A stretch of 56,073 nt of DNA, the filler included, from Sphacelaria rigidula (lineage: Eukaryota), in the NCBI GenBank assembly GCA_964200075.2. It is 7 parts of 7 records of this genome, joined end to end, with 100 filler letters (N's around TTAATTAATTAA, not from the genome) between each part and the next. Parts side by side here need not be neighbours in the genome. Positions count along the whole stretch, not along the records: positions 8,027 to 15,951 come from CAXNAA020012955.1; positions 16,052 to 23,976 come from CAXNAA020012956.1; positions 24,077 to 32,001 come from CAXNAA020012957.1; 4 more parts are not named here. One strand, given 5' to 3'. Made by a program: the position numbers and the translations under genes. Each line of letters opens with the position of its first letter. Positions within the stretch are counted from its first letter, which is position 1. This document shows, one piece after another, positions 13,306-25,002 of the stretch. Under the pieces are notes generated by a model, which saw only the letters and a program-made list of their open reading frames with translations, searched no databases and was not told the DNA's origin.

Positions 13306-13363
13306 CTCCGAAGATCCCGCGGCAGGTTGACCAGCGGTGGGGGGCGCCTCAAAGCGAGCCTTC
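13306..13363 (-). CDS. FG-repeat nucleoporin-like gene, internal exon (R-KARFEAPPTAGQPAAGSSE)
   Basis: gagcag|G...GAG|gtgagg. Phase 2 in, phase 0 out. Joins EARRAAR to KARF. Confidence 0.7.
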
Positions 13364-13863
13364 CTGCTCACGAGTAGCAGGGGACACACACGATATGGTC
13401 GTATCACAGGAGACAGGGCAACGGAGAAACGAACAGCACGGGCATTTACGTGGCGGAGAATAAGTCTCAAGCGATCATACAGGGAAAGCTGAATAAATGC
13501 ATAACGTGAACGTCGTGTGCAACAACGCGACAGCCTGGTACCGCGATAGCTCACAAGCAGCTGTATTGTACAACAGTAAAACAGGGTTAATCCTTCCTCA
13601 TGGCACCCCTTCAAGGAGATAAAGCAAAACCAGGACTTTAAGAAGCCATAAGGCAAATGTCGCTACTTACACGCAGCGGAAATCAGTTTTCAAGGAACGA
13701 CAACAAAACACAGGTACCGACAACAGCTAAAGGTTAACATCTGCTGAAAACGCGGCAAAACCCCACCACGCAAAAATACACAGTAAAAACCTAGGCCATC
13801 ATATCACTTAAACGCTCCATCCCAAACAACCGCGCTCCACCCATCCCCCGAAATTCGACAAAC

Positions 13864-14424
13864 CTCGCAGCACGCCTAGCTTCCGCATCAAGGGCCAGAG
13901 CACCGGGGCCGGGAACACCAGCAGCAGCCGCGGCTACCGCGCTTCTATCTGCCTCCACCGTCTTACTCGCCCCTATCCCCATCGCACCATCACCGCCGCC
14001 TGCGGCGGTAGTAGTGCTACTGCTACCACCCCCGGAACCGGTCGACAAGGACGAAGAGGTGGCGCTAAAGATTGTTGCGCCCGCCGTCGCTCCCGGCGGC
14101 CGCCCGAATCTAGGAACCGCGGCGCCGAATGACATCGGGTTGCCGCCGGAGGCCGCGTTGGCGGGGCTGAGCCCGAACTTCACCTCGGAGGAGGTCGCGC
14201 CAGGAGTAGCCCCGCCAGCTGTGGGGTCCCCGAAAGTGGTCAGAGTGGTTGGCTTCGTGGTGGCAGGCGAAGCGGCGGAAGTCGCAAACGGTGTGATTGC
14301 CGCAGAAGCCGGAGCCGGTGCCGCAGCGGGCGTGTCGGCCGAGGAGATCGCGGCACCGGTGCTGGAAGTTTCGCTGGTGCTCGCCTTCGGCACCGGCAGC
14401 TTTGCAACTGGAAAAGTGGAGAAT
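13864..14424 (-). CDS. FG-repeat nucleoporin-like gene, internal exon
   Basis: gcacag|A TTC..GCG AG|gtttgt, phase 2/2. A/S/T/G-rich with TFGD, KFGL, SFGA and RFG motifs. Confidence 0.8.
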
Positions 14425-14827
14425 CTGTGCGACGGGCGGGGGCGGGGACGGAGGGGTGTGAATCACTTGAGATTCTGGTAAACAGGGATGTCGTGGACAT
14501 CAGCAAGTAAAAGAACGGTAACAGCCCATCACTCGCCCCGTTTCCTCCCGACTATAGAATATGGGCGACTGTGAAATCCGCTGTTATTTTCCACACCCCG
14601 GAAAAAAGATTACACCATAAAAAATTATACTGCGTACAGTATAGAACCCGTCTATTGCAATAGACAATAGATTCCATACTGTACGCAGTATAATTTTTTA
14701 CATGCAGTCCATTGTCCAGGTGGGTTATACTCCAAAAGCCACCCAGGAATACAGATTCCACCGCAAGCCATCGGAAGCCACTGAGCGTCAAACAACCCAC
14801 TCCCCAACGAGCAAAACGATAACTCAC

Positions 14828-15455
14828 GCGGCATTCGCGTTGGGCGGTTTCATGCTGGCGACGGCTCGCCCGAACCCTCCACCCCCGCCAAACCCAGCGA
14901 AAGAAGTCGGCTTGTCCTTGGCATCGCCGGCCGCCCCGCCGCTACCAAATCCAACGCCAAATCCAAACAAGCTGCCGGAAGAACCGAGCGGCTTGGCCCC
15001 GAACCCGACTGACGGCCGAGTCGCAGCAGTGTCGTCCTTCTTGTCCTTGCCGATTTCGCCTGTTCCGGCGCCTGCGACGGCAGCGTTGCCAGCGGTCGCA
15101 ACCGTAGGGGCGCCGCCTTCCATAGGATCGGCAACCTTAACGACGCCCTCATCTTTCATTGCGTTCCCAGTCGTTTTATCGGCATGTTGCAGGGACGGCT
15201 GGCTGTCCTCAGCTACGGAAGTGCTACCGCCTCCGGCACCTACCGCAGGTGCACTTGTCGATAAAACGCCGCCGCCGCCACCTGCTGCGAGGGACGATGT
15301 GAATATGGACGATGACATTGCTGTGGTCGTGACGGCCGAGGTGGATGGCGTGGATGTGGAAGAAGCAGTCGCAACCGTCGATGTTGATGTTCCGGTGACG
15401 GCGGGAGCAGGGGTGGAGGCAGCAGGGCGTCCCCACGTCATTCTCCCAAAGCCGC
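14828..15455 (-). CDS. FG-repeat nucleoporin-like gene, internal exon (5' part of gene lies outside the contig)
   Basis: Pyrimidine tract plus ctag acceptor (an alternative acceptor at 15551 is possible), donor GC|gtgagt. Encodes GGFG, VGFGAKP, SLFGFGVGFGSGG and AGFGGGGGFG. Confidence 0.8.
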
Positions 15456-15789
15456 CTAGTAGTCGTGTCGGAAGGGCGGCAGGGGGGGGGGTAATGATTA
15501 CATGGGTGGAATTGGTCGAAAAAGTTGAGGCGCGATCAGTCTCTCTTTGGGCTGAAGCGCTTACGAAAAACAAAATAAAGAGAACTGGGGAATCTTATTC
15601 AAAGCTAACGCATGCCTCATGTTCATGTGCTGCAAAATATGGTCACGCGATTGACCCGCCACAGCATGATGGGAGTTGAACATGAAAATGGGAGGAACGG
15701 ACGGAGGTGTCCACATGAAGCATTTCTTCAACACTTCATGCACGCTCCTACAGAGCCTTCGAAGAGCTGCTGCCCCGCCCCTCCCCCTT

Positions 15790-15951
15790 GGTGCATGGTG
15801 AGACACCCACGAGGCAGTGTAAGCCGTGGCTGTCTCTGGAAGTGGCGATACCAGAACATAAAGCAACTCATTGTAGGTTGTCATCCAAATGCAAGATAAA
15901 TCAGTGCGCTTCAGGCGGAACAATCTTAGCAGGATGCAGCTCACCCTTCAT
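15790..15951 (+). mobile_element. Repeat family A (SINE-like), 5' part, cut by contig end
   Basis: GGTGCATGGTGAGACACC..GGCTGTCTCTGGAAGTGGCGATACCAG matches the copies at 25003-25304, 32483-32790, 40126-40240 and 46513-46790. Confidence 0.85.
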
Positions 15952-17448
15952 NNNNNNNNNNNNNNNNNNNNNNNNNNNNNNNNNNNNNNNNNNNNTTAAT
16001 TAATTAANNNNNNNNNNNNNNNNNNNNNNNNNNNNNNNNNNNNNNNNNNNNTTTTTCTTTTCTTCCATTTTTGTTGGGTGTTTTTGTTTTGTCTGGCCTT
16101 GGGGGTCGTTTCTGTGTTTTTGGTGGGGGGGGGGGGGGGGGAGACCCGTGAATAATACACCTAATAAGACCCTTTTCAACAGCTTGTACGGATCCCGGGA
16201 TCAAGTTTTGTTGAGGTATGACAAGAAACCAACGAAGAGCTATTCGGTCGATTGACTATGAGTAGCTCGGTTGGTTGTTACCGTGATACCTTGCAATGAT
16301 GTGTGCGTTTGAGTGTGTTTTCAGCACAGAGATGTCATTGAAAAAAACGCCGGATCTTTCAGGCAGCGGTTCGAAAGTTCACCGGCGAAAGTACGTATCT
16401 TTTGCCCTGTACACGCGATAAATCAACGTTTTACTAGTGTAAGCGATTCATTGTTTTATTCCCCTCCCCTTCACACTCTCCTTCTCCCATTCTTCGGAAC
16501 AAGTATGTAGTGTCAAGGTAGCAAACCATATCTCTCCCCGGTACCTATTTGACACTTCTTTGCTATTCCTATCGAGAATTGGGCCATCATTCCCGCATCC
16601 CGTTGGATTTTGATAATTTTCCTTTGCTCCTCGCCTTCTCCGCATGCTCTATATTGATGTAAATCAGATTATGTTGAAAAATACCGTATGTACGCCTGTA
16701 GCTGTCGGGATCCGAACCCGCACCTTGCCGCACGAACAGAGGTTGATGATGTGGTACCAGTTAGAAAGCCGGCGTGCGGCGAAATTTGTTACACAGCAAT
16801 ATTTTGCTTCCGGGCAGGGAGGCAACATGACCTGTGCAAAAATACCATCCTGAAAAATAATTTCCCCGAACAATGAGAAACGTTTTCGCAAACTGATGAG
16901 CAAATTCCATGGTTGAACATGCGTGCTTGTTATATCAAACCTCAAGGCTAATAACTCCACGTCCAACCCGAACAGGAGGCATATCGAGAACCCGCCGGCA
17001 AGAGGGGTGTACGGCATGACCTAGGCAAAGTGTGCCTTGGTGGAGCTCAAATTGGCGCCGGTCCAAGCCAGAACTCGTCCTGCGCACGCCGACGGGCACC
17101 TGGGACTGTTACCCCCCCCGCCACAATCCGAATGTGACAGCCGACACTGGAATGAAGTGTTTGCTTTCACCATAATTTTCATCGACCGGTTCGCGTTTAC
17201 TCTGCTGCCGAAAACATCGACAGGTTCAACATCTACGTGGCTCGATACCGAGTGCAAATGAGCTCGGAAACATTATCCCGAAAGGAAGTGGGTTGATCGT
17301 TGCGTCCATAGATGGCGAAGACATGGCTGGACACTTTCAGGGTGGTGGGAGATATCCTGGATCGACACTACTTTCACTCTAAAAATTACAACGTTGCCCA
17401 CATCGTCTACCCTTGTACCCAAAAGATCAAGACCCGACTTCGGGAGTA

Positions 17449-17535
17449 CCGTTGTAATGCGTGAGAGGACCGCGTGCTTTGAGGACCGCATCGGAATTTG
17501 AACACCCCCATGGTTAGGGTTAGGGTTACGGTTAG
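17449..17535. mobile_element. Partial copy of the 3964-4156 MITE with (TTAGGG)n
   Basis: TA-CCGTTGTAATGCGTGAGAGGACCGCGTGCTT..GGTTAGGGTTAGGGTTACGG is the reverse complement of the right half of the first copy. Confidence 0.75.
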
Positions 17536-18142
17536 TTTTACCTAAATCCAAAACCGTGCACGCGATGGCGCACAATTTTGTTAGCTCTTATAGAGACGAT
17601 AAGTGAGGACGTACTCATGTCTGTACAAGTACCAGATCGGAGCTATTTTTAGAGCACTGTTTTGCGAGTGTGTCGAGTGTGTCCAGCCGATGCCACCTCG
17701 ACAGGGTTGATGTCAAGCTATGTTTCGAAACACACGCTTCGCGTCTTTGTCGATCCCACACCAACTCCACCCATCCCGACCAAATTGGAACATTTTTCCG
17801 TCCTCCAGAACACAGAATAGGGTTCGACAAGCACCGTTGTGTTCAACCCTTACGGTGCGAGGTATATGCGGATATTTTACTTGAGGAGCATAGGTACACG
17901 AAAACCAACTCGCACAAGTCTCTAAGTGACATACATGGACTAAAATGAGCATGACAACAGTATCTCGATCAAAGAGTTGACATAACAGTACACGCATGTG
18001 TAGAAAGGGGCACAACCCAAAAGATCCGCCCTACTGTACTGCAAAAAACAACAGAACAGGAGGAGCTAGCAAAACTTAATACAATTGATGTCTTGCTTCG
18101 GCAATGCCTTTCTCTCCGTGCTGACCGTTGCTGCCGACCTCG

Positions 18143-18169
18143 CTACCGGACCTTGGTCACCTTCACTTC
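18143..18169 (-). CDS. FKBP16-1: FKBP-type PPIase (FKBP16-1-like), last exon EVKVTKVR*
   Basis: tttgtgtttgcag|GAA GTG AAG GTG ACC AAG GTC CGG TAG completes the FKBP C-terminal strand (PLTF-EVKV). Confidence 0.8.
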   Translation of the reverse strand, partial: EVKVTKVR

Positions 18170-18984
18170 CTGCAAACACAAACGTCCGGCATAACATAGC
18201 ACCAGTAACGATTGAGCCCGTCTGCCGGCGCTTGTGCCTCGGGAGCGCGAGCCATGACGATCATGTCCTGACAAAATATCGAATGACCCATAACAAATTG
18301 TGTGAATCGTTCACCACGCAGCAACTACAAGATAAACTTCGCTAGCCTGGGCGTCATATACGATCCTCAACGGCGGTGCGGGGTTAACTCTTCAGGAGGC
18401 AGTGTTCTTTCTGCTACAGGTGGAAGATGGGTTAGTGCAGCCTTTCCATGCTATCAGCCTTCCACGTGCATCTTCCTTTCTAGGGTGGGTGCAAAAATCT
18501 GAGGTCCTCTCGACAATACCTGCCATATATAGTCCGACACTACTTCACCAATCTGTACAAGCAGGTACACATAGTCTACAGTATAGACAACAAATGCACC
18601 GCGTTGCCCAAACATGACCCGCAAACACACAGGACGCGATAGACGGAATACGGGATACGGGATAAATACGTATGTGCCATAAGTGTTCGACTACACCGCG
18701 AGTCAGCATTCTGCTGCGGTGTCAGGACCCTCGCGTGCGTCCCGTCTCGGCAGATCCCGTCGAACAGGCATGTTTCGCTGTTTTGAAAGTACTGATGACT
18801 CCCGAAGGATAAATATCCATAAATCTGCTTCGAAGTGTGTTCCCAAAAGCTGTTCGAACCAACAGTCAGTGCATCCTCAATGCCGCGTGAACAGGTTCAA
18901 CAGTAGACGCTAGAATTGAGCGACAGAACTGCAAGAAATGCGGTGAAAATGACGGGGGGAAACGGGCGAAACCATTGCACTCAC

Positions 18985-19089
18985 GAATGTTAAGGGCTCC
19001 GTATTGCGAGTGTTGATCTGTTGCTTAGGCCCCAGGCCTGCTGGGATCGGTCCTGGTTTTCCATCTTTGCATCCCTCCACATACGCCAG
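18985..19089 (-). CDS. FKBP16-1: FKBP16-1-like PPIase exon (LAYVEG..GPIPAGLGPKQQINTRNTEPLTF)
   Basis: ttccag|..|gtgagt, phase 0/0. Resembles the plant FKBP16-1 PIPxxFGPRRxL..EPLVF motif. Confidence 0.88.
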
Positions 19090-19607
19090 CTGGAAAATCC
19101 ATACCCAACGCGAGTTGACGGACACAACACGGTCGGCGTGAATCAGTGCATTTTCGAGCACGGTTACCGTGCGGCATAGTAATCATGCTCCAATATCAGT
19201 TAAATCACTCTCATTTTTCGTGACTCCAGAAATCCGAGCAAGAAAGAGCACAAGAGCCCGCACTCAACTTCCTCTTGTCCCTGGAACCTTCACGTATGGG
19301 AAGAAAACTGTAGCCCGGGAACGAGATCTTTACCCCGTTACCCTCGCCTGCAAGTGCTACCTGTTCATGTTCTCGAGATATTGCAAACCGCAACCGTGGA
19401 TCAGAGGTTCCGGGCAGTAACAAGCAGCTCAAAATTCCCACGAGTGAGTATATCACCTATTTTTACGGTTGAAAACACCGCGAATGTGTGTTCGTACGGA
19501 CGTCCACCGAATGAGGATTTGACATTAAAAAAATCCACTTGCATACGCGACGAATTCGGCATACGCGAAACTCAGATAACAGTCGGCGTAGTCAAGGGGA
19601 CAAAAAA

Positions 19608-19864
19608 GACACTTTCTACGATAGCCCCCCCCCCAAAAGTGCCTGGTTTGGGGGAGCAAAATCTTCACGTGAATCGAACTGGAAAAAGCCGAGCACAACG
19701 AGCAGCTGGGAATTCCCGCACTTGGGTTCGTTCTCGGCAATGCCGCCCATATGAGGGAGGCGCTTCATGCAGCCTGAACCCAAACATCAGGGACTGCATG
19801 ACCATTTTTTTCGTGACACGTTTGAGCTGCTTTGGGGAGGGGAGGGGGTATCGTAGAAAGTGTC
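19608..19864. mobile_element. MITE, intronic
   Basis: TIR GACACTTTCTACGATA plus C-run, inverted as G-run plus TATCGTAGAAAGTGTC. AAA on both flanks. Confidence 0.7.
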
Positions 19865-19893
19865 AAAGGAAGCTTGTCGATTAACAACATCAC

Positions 19894-19986
19894 CTTGGGA
19901 GGCACTACTATGCGCCGCGTACCGCCAGCCTTCATTCCCCTGATCCCTTCGTCGAATCCCTTGATGGCGCGTTTTTCGTCACCAAC
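19894..19986 (-). CDS. FKBP16-1: FKBP16-1-like PPIase exon (VGDEKRAIKGFDEGIRGMKAGGTRRIVVPPK)
   Basis: Canonical FKBP IxGxxEGxxGMKxGGxRRxxxPP motif. ttcag|..|gtgatg. Confidence 0.92.
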
Positions 19987-20956
19987 CTGAACGCCGATGG
20001 AAATTCAAACCGAACCAGCTCTCGTCATGAATGCAGCGCATAAACACTTTTGCTCGACACTTTTACTGTACATCTCACAGTAAAGGGTGAAGCGGGGGAG
20101 AGAGCAAGCAATGTTGTCTTTCCAAAGACTAGACATGCCATGCCAATGCTTGCGAATGCTTCCAAGGTTCGGCATGCGCTGCGCTGGATCAAGCAGTGTA
20201 CAGACACAACATCGGCTTGTGAGCTACAGTGTTCGGGGGGAACGGAAATCGACGATGACATACACGATGTAGTGAAACCCGCAATTGTTATGAAAAAAAT
20301 AAGCGATAATGACCACAGTGATCAACAAGCCGGGAGTGACGGTGTAGAAAACGGGAGCTCCAGTTGAGCATGATTTAGCCCACCCCTTCCATTCCACTTC
20401 CTGACTCAATTTTTGTCAAGGCAGCACCGTGAGCGCCCAAAATCATCTTTGTCACCGCCAAAGACGGCAGCATCACGTCCACCGTGCAGTGTAATCGCAG
20501 CGTGTGTGCAACGCCGGAGATGTGCGTGCGTCAAGCTGGATGAAACGAGCACCACGACTGTTTTTCGTAGGTGTAAATGTCCCAATTGTTGAGGGGGGCA
20601 CTATATGGCGCTGGGAGAGCGTTTGGATAGGTTTCCGGAAAAGGCCATAAAAAATCAAATATAAAAAAGGTCAAGACGTGCACGGCAAGAAAGCTGCAGA
20701 GCGCGACGGCAATGTGTTGCGCGCGAGGTGGCAACTACGAACGTGGTCGCTACACGACATCAAACGAGTTCACGCTGCCAAGCACTACGAAATCACATGA
20801 GGATGACCCGTCGCGAGATATGTGATCTTGTGCGTGTCATTTTCGCTCTTCTCCCGACAACTTGTTGGCGACTGTAGCCGGGAACTGCAACGCCACTCTC
20901 ATTGCAGCCACAAGAGATATTCCACCGACACGAGAAATGCGTTTTAATTCACTCAC

Positions 20957-21101
20957 GCGGTAAATGAACGGTTCGCCATCCCCCTCTGACGAAGCGCTGA
21001 CATAGTATCCGTTCATGCGGCGCAGCACCCACTGCACCACTACACCCTTTCCAGTCTCCGCTACTTCGCCATCGCCAACCTTGATGTCGGTAATCTGGAG
21101 C
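20957..21101 (-). CDS. FKBP16-1: FKBP16-1-like PPIase exon (GLQITDIKVGDG..VLRRMNGYYV..EPFIYR)
   Basis: FKBP N-terminal strands, with RRxNGY[YF]V as in FKBP16-1. tctag|..|gtgagt. Confidence 0.92.
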
Positions 21102-21864
21102 CTAGACAAACACGACCGGGCATATGCGACGGGGAGAGCAACTTCTCCGTTCGATGTTTCCGAGATACTCTACTCGTGGCATCATGGAAGCCATCTCGTG
21201 TCTTCGAAGCGTCTTGCTATTTAGCTTAGGGGAAGGTGCATGTCATTCGCGTTCAAGTTATCCTGTACACGTACACACTCAGCGCTAACCATTGGGCAGG
21301 AGGAGAAGAATAAGGAACACGTACGGGGATCGCGATGACCCGCGGAACCAAGGGAAGGAACGAAAAAAACGTTTGAAACACTATTTGAAATGTTTTTGCA
21401 GGTACCATCTACAAGGAGCAAACACCCGCCGGGGTTCAACACTGGACAGCTGGGATGCACGATTTCTTGCTTGCTTCAGTCGTCGGACCGCACCACAACA
21501 TTTAGCCACGTGAAAAAAATCGGCGGCAGCCGACCGCTGCCACAGCTCGAGCATAACTACTGTCTCAACACCTGTCGACAGATGGGGCGATAACGCGAGG
21601 TAATTTTCCCACAGAACACTGCGACTGCCATACAGCACGAGTCACCTGCCGTGCGCCAGCTTTTGCAGGAGGCAAGAACACCCAGGCAACAAACAGCACG
21701 CCGGTCATGCCATCAAACCGGAATCTAACAAAGCTTCATTCTCCAGTGGGGGTAAAACGGAATAGACGATACTCGCAGGAAGAAACGTCGCCTTTTTGAT
21801 CCACGGTGAATCAGGCGCTACATGAACGAGGTGTGTCATGTTTGTTGTCGGTGTCAACTCTCAC

Positions 21865-21943
21865 CCATCTGGGAGCGTCTTGAAGGGGGGAACCACCGCG
21901 GTCGGGTTTCCAGCGTAACCTCTTGCCGGCGTCGTCGCATCCT
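21865..21943 (-). CDS. FKBP16-1: FKBP16-1-like PPIase exon (DATTPARGYAGNPTAVVPPFKTLPDG); further 5' exons unresolved
   Basis: Pyrimidine tract plus ggcag|, donor GG|gtgaga, phase 2 matching the next exon (TLPDG-LQITD). Confidence 0.8.
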
Positions 21944-22599
21944 CTGCCGGAAGAGGGGGAAAGCAAGGGATAGATTCGCACGTCACGGGTATGCTAAGCA
22001 CGAGTCGCTTTGACAACTGCCATCTTACGCAACGGTAAGCTGTGATGGAAAGTAGCTCCAGAGCGATGAAATGGGTGGGTGGTGCCGCGATAGCCCCCCC
22101 CCCAAGCCAGCCCCAAAGCTGCCACGAAGAAAAATGTCGGACAGCACATGACGGCTGGTTTCATTGGCAGCCTCCTGCGGGCGGCATTGGCGAAAATGAT
22201 TCCAAGCGTGGGAGTTCCCAGTCGCTCGGTATACTCGGCTTCTGTCATCTTGATTTACATGTAGGTTTTACCTCCTGAACCAGCGACCGGAGGGGGGGGG
22301 GGGGGGCTATCGGGGCATCAGCCGGGTGGTCGCTTTCGACTCTCAGGACGTGCCTTCTCGAGAAGGTACATTTCCCTTTCCACAAACAAAAAACACGCAG
22401 GCACGTTCGGACGTGATGTCTAGCGTCTAGCGTCGGAAAGGCGCTTTCTGAAAATACTATTTGGAGTTTTGCGGAATCATTTTGGGCTTTGCTTAACCCT
22501 TCGAAGGCGAGAGTAGGTCATCTGTTCAATGGGCATCAATTTCAGTTGAAAAAAGTATGAATGATCCAGGTGGACTACTCCTCGCGGTCTAGTGGTTAA

Positions 22600-23445
22600 G
22601 GCCATCTTGTATGGCAGCCACAAAAACGGATCTGTACGCAGATTGGAGGAACTCAGATCCGGAAACGCCTTATATGGACCCCAATTTGGCTCAAATCGGG
22701 GAAGCTCAGATTCGTATGTCACGATTCGAGAACGGTTTTCCCCTAGTCTGAGCGCAGATCCGGGGAAAATGGAGGTCCCCCGAATCTGTAGGAAGTGACG
22801 TACGTACGTTGACGTGCTGTGGTAGGGCAACAGGCGTTTGATATTTTTGCAACAATAGCAGCAGACAGTTTCGTGACAGTACAGACCATGCCTGCCAGCG
22901 CCAGCTGCTGGAGCAGCTTCGCTCGGGGTTTGACACGAGGATGAGAAGTGTTGACGGCGTACTCTGCGGCCATGGAAACATTTTATGCTGCACTGCGCTG
23001 ATGTATCTATCATCACAACGAACGGTACTGTTCTATCCTAGAGTCTGCTGTCGCTGTAGTTGCAGGGTGATGGATAACACTGCACTCGTGAACTCTTGTC
23101 GCACACTGTGCACTGTTCTCGCAATACCGACTGTTGTACCATCATGTAATACCACACGGCATTATCGTGTACTGTGATTGGGGAGTGTACTGCACTGCTG
23201 TGTACCCTAGGATACCACGGTACCACGCTGCTCTTGAAGGATGATTCGCCGCCTGCTTGTTCTTCGGCTTCACTGTGATACCACACCCGCCCAAAAAAAA
23301 CCGTTCGTGTACAGAACAATTTCAACAAATCTGTGAAGCCATGAAGGTGTACACACCGATGTGAGATTCGCGAATCCGAGTCCCCCCCATTTGGCACAGA
23401 TTGGGGTCCCGTCAGATTCGGGATTGGCTGCCATACAAGTTGGTC
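22600..23445. mobile_element. PIF/Harbinger (Tourist-like) non-autonomous element
   Basis: 21-bp TIRs GGCCATCTTGTATGGCAGCCA / TGGCTGCCATACAAGTTGGTC (2 mismatches). TAA at 22597-99 and 23446-48. Confidence 0.75.
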
Positions 23446-23649
23446 TAAGAAACCAAACTCCTCGCAGGAGATCATTAAAGTGCGGCGCAACCGCTGCACC
23501 CAGTACTGAGACTCTCATCACACGCAACGCGCGGTTTCACTTCAGAAAAATGTATAAAGCAGCTCATCACTTCCGTTGATCGAGTAGATAGCGGTCGACG
23601 TCGTGGCCAGCAGTTTGGATCTAGGGCGAGGTCATGGGGGAAAAGCAGG

Positions 23650-23695
<46 letters not shown>

Positions 23696-23713
23696 CTGTG
23701 GCTGTGGCTGTGT

Positions 23714-23976
23714 GTGTATTCATGATCTTACATGCCGTTGTCATATTCCGTTGACCTCGCATCCCTACAGAGCCGGGACGGAGTACGCCGGGTTCTCGCC
23801 GGACCAGGCTCGCAATTCATCACCGAGCGCAAAGCGCCATGATGTGTTCGGCAAGAGTGACCTGCATCCTGCCAAGATCGTCGGGCCCAAGGGGTACTGA
23901 TTATCTTGCATATGGGAAAGCAGGAGAGAGGAGGGGGGGGGTGTACTCATGATCATGCATGCCATAGTCATAAGAC
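23714..23976 (-). mobile_element. Repeat family A: 5'-truncated copy plus the 3' end of a second copy
   Basis: TTGACCTCGCATCCCTACAGAGCCGGGACGGAG.. block, and after a G-run GTGTACTCATGATCATGCATGCC. Confidence 0.8.
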
Positions 23977-24082
23977 NNNNNNNNNNNNNNNNNNNNNNNN
24001 NNNNNNNNNNNNNNNNNNNNTTAATTAATTAANNNNNNNNNNNNNNNNNNNNNNNNNNNNNNNNNNNNNNNNNNNNGGGGGG

Positions 24083-24144
24083 CGTACTCATTTGTTGCTT
24101 GCCTTGGTCGTTTGACCATTAACCACGCATCCCTTTCGAGACGG
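24083..24144 (-). mobile_element. LINE family B, extreme 3' end
   Basis: Matches the 3' ends at 26122-26370 and 45513-45890. Confidence 0.75.
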
Positions 24145-24816
24145 GGCAAGGGGGGGGTTCCAATAGTTAGGCCTCTCCTGCATGTGCGCTTGATGTCTTC
24201 AAATACAAGCGCGCGAAAGACGCAAATGTTTGGAGCTTGTAACGAGAGCAAAAGAAAAGACCAGGAGAAGAAAAAAAAGAGAAAACCCGGTCCCAAAAAA
24301 ATACAAGAAAAAAAAAAAATCCGGCCCCTGCAGCATGGACTCAAGTGAAATAGGCCGTGCGAAAAGAAGACGGACACCCAAACACACGAAGGCGAAACAT
24401 ACGGTCGTGGACGCAGATTGCGGCACAGCTACTTTGCAACCGCACCATTTGGGCATGAGCTCTCTCCCACGAGCTTTATGGAAGCAAGGCAAAAGCACTG
24501 CTACTGTGCAGGACCGGAACTTGGGGAGGAAAAAAAAGGAGAAAGAGATGGGAGAAACAAAGAGACACCAGAGAGAGAGAGAGAGAGAGAGAGAAAACAC
24601 ACACGGAAGCCAATAGAACCCAAGGAGAGAAGTCGAACATGCACAGGACGTGCACAACGAGGAACACCGTGAGGTCACACGGAAAAAGGGCAATGTCACA
24701 CGCCGACAAGTTGAGGCAGGGGCACATCAATTATGCGGGTCAACCCTACCTCACAACGCATCCCTAGTCGGGGAGATAAGCGATAACAATGTGGCACAGC
24801 CCTTCTGGAGTCTAAC

Positions 24817-24947
24817 CTTGTCACGACGAGCGGGCAGATGCACTTTCGAATCGTGGACATGCTCAGTGCTGTCCTTACCACCGGCTGGAACCCCAGAAGC
24901 TTCGGGTACAAGTCGAGCGGGGACAGTGTTCCAGAAGTGATCACCAC
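24817..24947 (-). CDS. ERCC2: XPD/ERCC2 (RAD3) TFIIH helicase exon (VVITSGTLSPLDLYPKLLGFQP..CICPLVVT)
   Basis: Helicase motif III TSGTLSP, colinear with XPD VIITSGTLSPLDIYPKIL. gtgaag|..AG|gttaga. Confidence 0.93.
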
Positions 24948-25002
24948 CTTCACAGGCGAGGAGGGGGGAAGGGGCGGCGGCGGCGGCGGCGGGGGGGGGG
25001 GG

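Noticed and set aside
14014..15679. Plus-strand ORFs of 155 and 325 aa
   Set aside because: Antisense shadows of the GC-rich FG-repeat exons.
22743..22973. RAKLLQQLALAGM as an FKBP lumen-targeting exon
   Set aside because: It falls inside the TAA-flanked Harbinger-like element, and its splice phases could not be linked.
23890..23910. CTGATTA in family A as a hammerhead ribozyme core
   Set aside because: It does not match CUGANGA, and no properly placed GAAA or stems were seen.
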